Assembly: GCA_963977445.1 (NCBI GenBank)
Contig: CAXBPH010000235.1
Location: 1 to 11,016, forward strand
Length of the DNA stretch: 11,016 nucleotides
Source: an uncultured bacterium
Lineage (GTDB): Bacteria; Hydrogenedentota; Hydrogenedentia; Hydrogenedentales; JAEUWI01
Direction: 5' to 3'
The notes below the pieces were generated by a model. It saw only the letters and a list, made by a program, of their open reading frames with translations. It was not told the DNA's origin and made no database searches. Of this stretch, positions 1 to 6,561 are shown one piece after another. Numbering within the stretch: position 1 is the first letter of the stretch; the number at the start of each line of letters is the position of its first letter. The position numbers were made by a program, and so were the translations under genes.

Positions 1-777
1 AGGTTGGAAGACAGACAATCTATTATACGTCTCCCCCCCCGTAATATGGGGCGCCGAGGCGCTCACCGCTTCTTTCCACACCCCCGTCGTCGCCCGATTC
101 GCCTCAATCATATTGGCAAAGCCGACGAAGATAGAGCCCCCTTCCGGGTCCAGCATTTGGAGCCCCAATATCGTAACGGACATACCACCGAGAAGCATGA
201 TGAGCACGGTAAAGAGATCGGTCCACGCAACGGAGGAAAGACCACCATAGATGGCCCACACCCCCGCCGAAATCCCCAGTACGATAAGGGCCACCCAGAA
301 GGGCCACCCAAAGAGGGATTCCAATGCGAGTGCACCACCATAGAGCACAGCCGCGAGAAAAGCGACCACATTGCTCAATACGGTGACGAAGGCGAAAAAC
401 TGCCGAAGCGTACCATTGAAACGCCGTTCCAGATACTCGGGCATGGTAAAAACCCGGGACGCCATGAGGAAGGGAATGAAGAACCAGATGATCATGGAAA
501 AGCTGACCACATTGACCCATTCCGAATCCGCCACGCAGATGCCGAAGATATAGGCGGCCCCAATCATGCCAATGAAATGCTCGGTGCTGATGTTGGAGGC
601 GATAAAGGAGCCGCCCACGACGTACCAGGGCAAAGATCGGCCCGCGAGGAAATAATCATCCGCACTCCCCCGCTCTTTCCGACCGGCCCAGAAGCCTACG
701 AGAGACAGGACTACGAAAAACAGGGCAAAGGCGAGGTAGTCAATGAAACCGAGGGAAAAATTATTCATGCCATCCAT
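1..777 (-). CDS. Sodium:solute symporter (SSS/SLC5, SGLT-like sugar transporter), 3'-truncated by the window edge
   Basis: Manual translation of the minus strand from ATG at 777 gives MDGMNNFSLGFIDYLAFALFFVVLSLVGFWAGRKERGSADDYFLAGRSLPWYVVGGSFIASNISTEHFIGMIGAAY...FTMPEYLERRF...YGGLSSVAWTD. These are hallmark SSS motifs. A GGAGG Shine-Dalgarno lies at 790-786, 8 nt before the ATG. The frame stays open to position 1. Confidence 0.95.
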   Translation of the reverse strand, partial: MDGMNNFSLGFIDYLAFALFFVVLSLVGFWAGRKERGSADDYFLAGRSLPWYVVGGSFIASNISTEHFIGMIGAAYIFGICVADSEWVNVVSFSMIIWFFIPFLMASRVFTMPEYLERRFNGTLRQFFAFVTVLSNVVAFLAAVLYGGALALESLFGWPFWVALIVLGISAGVWAIYGGLSSVAWTDLFTVLIMLLGGMSVTILGLQMLDPEGGSIFVGFANMIEANRATTGVWKEAVSASAPHITGGETYNRLSVFQP

Positions 778-831
778 TTACATATCCTCCCCAAAGGCAT
801 AGGGCATCGTCTGAGATTCCTTCTCAACTAC

Positions 832-924
832 TGTGGGGTGCCACGGACAAGCCCGGTAGGGCTTGCCCGTGAGGTCGGGGAAGTTCACGAACAATTCCAT
901 GCGGACTTGACCGTGGTACCCACA
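832..924. repeat. REPIN-like element: two inverted, internally palindromic REP-like units
   Basis: Left unit 832-871: TGTGGGGTGC-CACGGACAAGCCC-ggta-GGGCTTGCCCGTG, a 13-bp stem with 1 mismatch. Right unit 886-924: CACGAACAATTCC-atgc-GGACTTGACCGTG-GTACCCACA, a degenerate inverted copy. A 14-nt spacer separates them. The element is intergenic. Confidence 0.7.
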
Positions 925-948
925 AACTCTTTTTCCGACACGCGACAT

Positions 949-2355
949 CTATTTATCCTCCCCGATAAGGGTGTAGCTTAGTCCCGCAAACTTCGCAAAG
1001 GCCGCGAGGGCATCCAGACAATCGCCATACACCAGTGCATTGTGGTGCGTACCCCCATGTTGAGAGTAGGCCTCCAGAAAAGCGGGCAAGGGCACTGTCG
1101 GCTTGAGCCAACCCCGTATCCAGTCTTTGTAGTCCGGGTGCGTACCATCCCCCATCACCGTCACCGGGGCCACAATCAGCCCGAAGCTATCGTTCGGACC
1201 TGGCGCGATATTGACAAGCACGGCCGCGCCAGGCTGGGGCGCACAAGAAATCGCCGCCGGGTTCTGCGCGGGCGTAAAGGGAAATTCTTTTTCGTAGAGC
1301 CGGGGCTTCGCCGCCGCAACGGCCGGATTAAACTCACCCATGTGGGAAAGAAAGATGGTACCGCCCGCCCAGTCGGGACAAAACATTTCGGTAAAGGTGG
1401 TGGGCCCGATGGCTTTACTCAAAGCACCCACGAGGGAGGCTGTCAACACGTCGCCTTCGCCGGCATAGCCAATACCCCGGGCCATGGCCTTGCAGCATTC
1501 CAGAAAAGGCACCGTACTCAAGGGCCCGGAATCCTGGTCGAAAGCCAGGAAGTTCATCGAGAAGGCGTCGTAACAATTTTGTTCGAGGTAATCCCGCAGT
1601 CCGAGGCCGATCCGTACCGTTCGTAGGTGCACCTCAGGGGGGGCGTCTACTTCGAACTGGGAGCTGTCCTCCGCCATTTCTTCGGCACAGCGCGGGTCGC
1701 TTACGGCATTGATGAAGTCGAGCAGCGCGGCGGGCTCAATTTCGTCCACCAGAATCGTTAACTTCTCCGCCAGCACAGCTTCCGGCACGTGGAAATCGCC
1801 CATACCGTCAAAGGTAGGTCCAATACGCAATACCTGGGTGGTCGCGAGTCTATAGGCGGCATGGGCTCCCCGAAGCACACCGCAGGCCCGTGTCATGGTT
1901 TCTGGATCACTGAGGTGGCCCGCAACAACCACATAGGCTTTGCCCCGTCGGCGCAGCATGGATGCCAAATCCTGCAGGCCATGAATGCCGTGGTTATACA
2001 ATAACTGCATCGGGTCGACCGTCGGACCGAAATCCAGGTCCGGCGTTGTGTCGAGCATCAAGATGGGCAGGGGCGTCTCCGCGAGGGCATCCACCGCTTC
2101 CAGGGAAGGCGAATAGGTGAGATGCAGGGTGACGATGCAATGGACGCCCTCCGACTCGAAGTGGGCCACCGCCGCCTGCACGTCGGCGGCGACACGACAA
2201 ATGGGCCCTTCCACGACCTCCACGTCCTTAGCGCGAAAGGCCCCCACCACCTCAGCCAGAAAAGGCTCTAATTCGCCACACAACGTGGGAATTGCCTGAT
2301 CGTAGAGGGTCAGGTAAAGGGGGAGTAATCCAATCTTCGGGACATCCACTTTCAT
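949..2355 (-). CDS. L-arabinose/L-fucose isomerase superfamily protein (AraA-like aldose-ketose isomerase); substrate unknown
   Basis: 468 aa. GYAGEGDVLTA, FTEMF, LSHMGE and GGTHH match the AraA catalytic and metal-binding motifs (GFAGEGDWK, FMEDY, GSHMLE, GGAHH). The start overlaps the kinase stop (ATGA, 2355-2352). Confidence 0.85.
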   Translation of the reverse strand: MKVDVPKIGLLPLYLTLYDQAIPTLCGELEPFLAEVVGAFRAKDVEVVEGPICRVAADVQAAVAHFESEGVHCIVTLHLTYSPSLEAVDALAETPLPILMLDTTPDLDFGPTVDPMQLLYNHGIHGLQDLASMLRRRGKAYVVVAGHLSDPETMTRACGVLRGAHAAYRLATTQVLRIGPTFDGMGDFHVPEAVLAEKLTILVDEIEPAALLDFINAVSDPRCAEEMAEDSSQFEVDAPPEVHLRTVRIGLGLRDYLEQNCYDAFSMNFLAFDQDSGPLSTVPFLECCKAMARGIGYAGEGDVLTASLVGALSKAIGPTTFTEMFCPDWAGGTIFLSHMGEFNPAVAAAKPRLYEKEFPFTPAQNPAAISCAPQPGAAVLVNIAPGPNDSFGLIVAPVTVMGDGTHPDYKDWIRGWLKPTVPLPAFLEAYSQHGGTHHNALVYGDCLDALAAFAKFAGLSYTLIGEDK

Positions 2356-3836
2356 TGGGACTTTCCAGTTGTTACGGCATAGGCTTCGCCTGCCGTCACG
2401 TGGCCATAGAGCCGATTAAAGGCTTCGAGATACCCGGCATAACCACGGGCGATTCCATCGGCATTCGCGCGGTCCGGCCGCAATCGACGAACCTTGGCCG
2501 TCGAGACCTTGGCACCGAACGCGTGGAGTGCTCCCCGGGTGCCCATCCAGGCCGCATCTTCCAATTGATACACGGGCAGCCCGTCAAACAGTACGCTAAC
2601 AAGTTGTTGAAATTGAAGCCCCTGGCTGGCCCCGCCACTGAGCACGACACTATCGATGGCCCCCGACGTCTGAACCGCACCAAAGACACGGGCCAGTTCA
2701 TAGCACATCCCCGCAACAACCGCGCGCACGAGGTCGTCCCGCTGAGTTGCAGGCCCCATGCCCAGGAAACTGGCGCTACCCAGCCATTCCGGGTGGAGCG
2801 TATTGGGCCGATTCAGCCACGGAAGGGCCACGAGCCCGTCGGGCGGCAACAAGGCCGCTTCAAAAATCTTAGCCTGCTTAATCAGCGCCCGCTTGGCATT
2901 GGAATCGACCAACTGCGCCAGTGCCCAATCCCAGGTGACGTTGCCCGTCAAAAGGGGCTGTATGACCAAGTGCCCGGCCGTGTGGGGCGCGGGGATGGCA
3001 AATTGAATGGAGGACGTTCCCTGGAGTTCCTGGGGCAAACAGAAATTGCCGACCCAGGCCGTGCCCAGCGAGCATTGCAGGGGACGCTTCGAAACATGGG
3101 CCACGGAGAGATAGCCCGCCTCATGGTCCATGTAGGGCCCGGCAACCGGTATGCCCGCAGGCAACCCGAATCGCTTCGCCGCCCATGGGGATAGGGGATG
3201 AAATGCATGCCCGGCGCGCAGGGGGGCAAAGAAGTCGGTGTTCACACCCGCGAAGGCGGCGAGCTCATCCGTCAGCGTGTTGCTCCGCGAATCATAGGCA
3301 CCAATCTGCAGCGCGTTGCACGCATCCTGGCGCCACACCCCCGTGAGGCGATGGTAGGCGAATTCACCGGCACCGATATAGAGGTTTCTTTCGTGGATCA
3401 GGTCGGGTTGGTGGTTGCGCAGCCATGCGATTCGGGCCAGGCCCATCCCCGGCTCATCGCGCAGGGTCCGGGTCCGCCAATAACGCGCTGGCTTCGAGGC
3501 GGCGAGGGAACGAAACTCAGGAAAGGCCCGACCATCGTTCCATAAAATCATGGGCGTGAGCGCCGCGCCATTTTCCCGATCGACGATGATCGTACTGCCA
3601 CCCTGTGAGGCCAGGGCCACTCCGCACACCTGGTCCAATCCACCGAGGGCCTTGCCCACCGCGCGCACGGCAGCGACCAAGGCCTGCTCGACCTTAGGTG
3701 GGGATTGCTCGCGCCGACCCGATTCGTCGGTCTCTACCGCGAGCTGCTTCTCCACACCATGGAGCAGACGTCCCGTCTTCTTGTCGTAGGCCGCAACCTT
3801 GAGGGCGGTGGTTCCCAGGTCAATTCCGAGGAGCAT
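2352..3836 (-). CDS. FGGY-family carbohydrate kinase (xylulokinase/ribulokinase-like, divergent)
   Basis: Motifs GIDLGTTALK, ASQGGSTIIVD, MILWNDGRA, YMDHEAG (catalytic Asp), SLGTA and LSGGASQ. The start is placed at ATG 3836, 6 nt after AAGGGAG, rather than at 3863 as in the ORF track. 3839 is also possible. Confidence 0.9.
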   Translation of the reverse strand: MLLGIDLGTTALKVAAYDKKTGRLLHGVEKQLAVETDESGRREQSPPKVEQALVAAVRAVGKALGGLDQVCGVALASQGGSTIIVDRENGAALTPMILWNDGRAFPEFRSLAASKPARYWRTRTLRDEPGMGLARIAWLRNHQPDLIHERNLYIGAGEFAYHRLTGVWRQDACNALQIGAYDSRSNTLTDELAAFAGVNTDFFAPLRAGHAFHPLSPWAAKRFGLPAGIPVAGPYMDHEAGYLSVAHVSKRPLQCSLGTAWVGNFCLPQELQGTSSIQFAIPAPHTAGHLVIQPLLTGNVTWDWALAQLVDSNAKRALIKQAKIFEAALLPPDGLVALPWLNRPNTLHPEWLGSASFLGMGPATQRDDLVRAVVAGMCYELARVFGAVQTSGAIDSVVLSGGASQGLQFQQLVSVLFDGLPVYQLEDAAWMGTRGALHAFGAKVSTAKVRRLRPDRANADGIARGYAGYLEAFNRLYGHVTAGEAYAVTTGKSQ

Positions 3837-4629
3837 CATGGACTCCCTTCGCAAAATGAACATCCCGAACGCAGTGCGTTAACCAGGCCCGATGCTCGGC
3901 CACCACACTGTCGTCGACGATAAGGTGGCCAATCTGAGACCAATCCGCAAACTTAACAAATGAGGTGCGGCGAAATTTTCGGCTGTCCGCCACAAGCACC
4001 GTATCTTCGGCCACATCAATCATGGCCTCAGACACCCGGGCAATACTGAGATCGGTGGTATAAAGCCCCCGTTCATCCAGCGCATCAGCACCCAATATGG
4101 CCAGATTCACCCGAAACTTTCGCAGGTTGTCCTCGGTGAGACTGCCGCTGAGATCAGGGCTGTTACTCCGCACGTTACCGCCAAGTAATACGACTTCCAT
4201 ATGGGGATGGGCGTGCAAGGCAGACGCGACGGCCAGCGAAGAGGTCAACACCTGTAGCCCCTCGATGCCCCCGAGTGCCCGGGCCACTTCCAGGGTGGTC
4301 GTGCCCGTGTCGATGACGATTCGCATCCCCGGCTCCACCAGGGCGGCCGCCGCACGGGCAATTCCCCGTTTTTCCTCGATACTCGTGCGGTTTCGCTCCA
4401 GAAAGGCAAACTCGGCCACCGACTGGCGCGAAAAAATGGCACCGCCATGGGTCCGGGTCAGGGCATTCTGGCTTTCGAGCGCTTCCAAATCGCGACGGAT
4501 CGTCATGGGCGTCACTTCAAACTCGGACGCCAACTCCAGCACAAAGACTTCGCCCTCCGACGAGAGACGCTCCAGGATGGTGCTTCGTCGGGTGGTTGCC
4601 GTTTGCTTTTTATGGGTGCCGTTCTTCAA
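3820..4629 (-). CDS. DeoR/GlpR-family transcriptional repressor
   Basis: N-terminal HTH ELASEFEVTPMTIRRDLEALE...RTHGGA and C-terminal sensor motifs IDTGTTTLEVA, VLLGG and LVADSRKF. TTG start with AGGA 7 nt upstream, overlapping the previous gene's stop. The 3' end overlaps the kinase start by about 17 nt. Confidence 0.95.
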   Translation of the reverse strand: MKNGTHKKQTATTRRSTILERLSSEGEVFVLELASEFEVTPMTIRRDLEALESQNALTRTHGGAIFSRQSVAEFAFLERNRTSIEEKRGIARAAAALVEPGMRIVIDTGTTTLEVARALGGIEGLQVLTSSLAVASALHAHPHMEVVLLGGNVRSNSPDLSGSLTEDNLRKFRVNLAILGADALDERGLYTTDLSIARVSEAMIDVAEDTVLVADSRKFRRTSFVKFADWSQIGHLIVDDSVVAEHRAWLTHCVRDVHFAKGVHDAPRN

Positions 4630-4638
4630 GGAATAGTC

Positions 4639-6225
4639 CTAAACGGTCGCAGGCACTTCGGCGAAACTTGCCAGCGTTTGCGCGATCTTGTCTACGACGT
4701 AATCAACCATTTCATAGCCTGCGATAAGGGGCAACTTGGTTAACAATGCCGGCGGACAATCCGCCTTGTAGGTCTGAGCACTGATATCCAGTCCCGATGC
4801 AACCAGGGCACCGGCAATCTTTTTGGCCGTCTCCAAGTCACGAACGTATACCGTAGACATGTGGCCATAGCCTTCCACTGCGGTGATGAGCGTGTCGTAG
4901 CGGGCAGCCAAATCGCGTAACTGCGCACTGAAGTAGGCACCCACAGCCTTCGTCACCGGAGCATTTTCTTTGGCCCACGCGAGAGTTATCAAATACGCCA
5001 GGGAGGCGAGCTCTTCCTGCCCATTGGTTACCAGGGCACCAAACTGGGGCAAGTCGTTGTCCATCGCCGCGCTGAAGATAATGCGCGATGCAGGATACTC
5101 CCCACCCGGAAAGCCCTTGCCTACGGACACAAAGGTCGGCGTTAATCCATAGTCCCGAAACATGAAAATCTCGCTGTTCCAGATACAGGATTGAATTTCG
5201 TCGCACACCGTGGGCACGCCATGGGCCGCACACAAGTCATAGGCCGTGTGGAGGAAGTCACGGGTCAGCAACAAACCACCATAGTTCATCATGACAATCT
5301 CGTGAAAGAACCCGGCAATGTGGGTCGTTGCCGTATTGTTTTCCTCAAAGGCCCGCGTCAGGTCTTCGTGATTGTTGGGGCGAATAGCCACAACCCGTAA
5401 CGTTCCCGATGCTTCAAGGGCCTGCGCCATTTCCGGCCACATGCCCCGCATGACCTGGGTAAGTATCGTCGTGCCGTGGTAATTGCCGGCAAGGCGGCCT
5501 TCGTCGTCACCCATCACCAGTATCACCGGCGTCTTGCCTTCGTGGGCCGGTGTGGACATGGCTGGCTGCACCCGGTAGAAGCGGGCCAGGATCATTTTAA
5601 GCGCCGCTTCCAGCGCGAGACTGCCCGTTTCCAGATTCAATACCCGATTCATCACGTCGAGACGCCGGGTCCCCAGCAGGGCTTCGAGACCTTCTTCATC
5701 ATTCTCATCAAGGCCATTAACCGTCGCGACGAGGGCCCGCTCCATCCGACGGGTGATGTTCCCCCGCGTATTGTTATGGGTCGCATTGGGGATGCCAAGC
5801 CGACGGGCCTGCTCGATGAGCTGATAGCCGGGAAAGCCATGGCCCAGCGACGCGTGATAGTGCTCACTCTTCGTCGTCAGATAGAGCCGCCCATCTTCGC
5901 CGATGCGATAGGGTCCCAGCCCACTGAGGGGGGCCAGCGCCGTTTTGGTAGCGCTGTTGAAACTGTCTATCGAAGCCCCGGCAGAGGTATTCAGGGGTCC
6001 AACCTCGACGACCGTCTCCCCCACCTGATCGAGCAGGGCAAGGAGGCGCTGTTGAAAATCCGATGAAAAAAAGTCGGTGGGCCGTTGAGATTCCTGGTGT
6101 AATTCTCTTTCCGATTCGCCGGTTAGAAAACTACGTGCACGGCACGCCGCTTCTACAAAGTCGCGGCCGCAGAAATCTGCCAGCGTTCGCGTTACGGGAA
6201 TAAATTCGGTTGTTTTCGCCGCCAT
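4639..6225 (-). CDS. Class III (fold type I) PLP-dependent aminotransferase, divergent, with N-terminal extension
   Basis: 528 aa. Motifs TGSLALEAALKM, NYHGTT, VCDEIQS (PLP-binding Asp) and SVGKGFPGGEYP (Schiff-base Lys) occur in the order seen in ArgD/GabT-type enzymes. AAGGA lies upstream of ATG 6225. Confidence 0.85.
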   Translation of the reverse strand: MAAKTTEFIPVTRTLADFCGRDFVEAACRARSFLTGESERELHQESQRPTDFFSSDFQQRLLALLDQVGETVVEVGPLNTSAGASIDSFNSATKTALAPLSGLGPYRIGEDGRLYLTTKSEHYHASLGHGFPGYQLIEQARRLGIPNATHNNTRGNITRRMERALVATVNGLDENDEEGLEALLGTRRLDVMNRVLNLETGSLALEAALKMILARFYRVQPAMSTPAHEGKTPVILVMGDDEGRLAGNYHGTTILTQVMRGMWPEMAQALEASGTLRVVAIRPNNHEDLTRAFEENNTATTHIAGFFHEIVMMNYGGLLLTRDFLHTAYDLCAAHGVPTVCDEIQSCIWNSEIFMFRDYGLTPTFVSVGKGFPGGEYPASRIIFSAAMDNDLPQFGALVTNGQEELASLAYLITLAWAKENAPVTKAVGAYFSAQLRDLAARYDTLITAVEGYGHMSTVYVRDLETAKKIAGALVASGLDISAQTYKADCPPALLTKLPLIAGYEMVDYVVDKIAQTLASFAEVPATV

Positions 6226-6240
6226 GAGTCACCCATTCCT

Positions 6241-6282
6241 TCTGAACACTACAATGTTCTAAATTGTTCGAATATGTTTATT
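6241..6282. promoter_or_regulatory. Putative DeoR/GlpR operator array
   Basis: Three tandem 10-bp units AATGTTCTAA (6253), ATTGTTCGAA (6263) and TATGTTTATT (6273), plus an inverted unit at 6241-6250 that forms GAACA-N6-TGTTC. They resemble the E. coli GlpR half-site WATGTTCGWT and overlap the predicted start site of the operon that encodes the DeoR protein. Confidence 0.7.
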
Positions 6283-6311
6283 ACAATACACAAGCATGGA
6301 AATCGATGCAA
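6283..6311 (-). promoter_or_regulatory. Putative sigma70 promoter of the aminotransferase-DeoR-kinase-isomerase-SSS operon
   Basis: Minus strand TTGCAT (6311-6306), 17 nt, TATTGT (6288-6283). Predicted TSS near 6276. Confidence 0.55.
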
Positions 6312-6365
6312 GTTCATCATTGGGGGAATCTATCGTCAGGCCGCACACCGGTCGCTAACGCCAAG

Positions 6366-6394
6366 TTGACTGCGAACCCCATGGGGCGTAATAT
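6366..6394 (+). promoter_or_regulatory. Putative sigma70 promoter of the eboD-like operon
   Basis: TTGACT (6366-6371), 17 nt, TAATAT (6389-6394). The spacer contains the perfect palindrome CCCCATGGGG (6377-6386). Confidence 0.6.
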
Positions 6395-6561
6395 ATTGGG
6401 TATACGCCCGATGCGGTATCGGGCGAACTCAGAACTCACTTCTATGATGCCATCGCGCCCAGCCAAACCGCTGGAACCGGCGGTTCTCCCCTTTTCCATG
6501 TGCCGGGTAGGCGTTGGCAGTATTTTGCGCTTGGAAGGGCACCGAAACAGGGTATGTTGCT

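Noticed and set aside
809..818. GTCTGAGATT 10-mer shared with the 48-bp repeat
   Set aside because: A 10-nt match to some part of a 48-nt unit is expected by chance in 11 kb on two strands, and the other arm of the palindrome is missing.
4..981. 325-aa plus-strand ORF in the ORF track
   Set aside because: It is the antisense shadow of the sodium:solute symporter (1-777, minus), which has clear family motifs and an RBS.
949..3836. Assigning gene symbols araA/araB or xylB
   Set aside because: Only family-level motifs are visible, both proteins are divergent, and the aminotransferase context argues against plain arabinose or xylose use.
6244..6269. LexA/SOS box reading of the GAAC/GTTC motifs
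   Set aside because: The spacings (GAAC-N8-GTTC, GTTC-N6-GTTC) do not fit GAAC-N4-GTTC, GTTC-N7-GTTC or TGTTC-N4-GAACA. The local DeoR protein explains the motif better.
6420..6458. Fluoride-riboswitch-like words on the minus strand (GCGATGG...GAGTTCGCC)
   Set aside because: The two parts are about 20 nt apart instead of contiguous, the downstream conserved elements are absent, and no fluoride-related gene follows.
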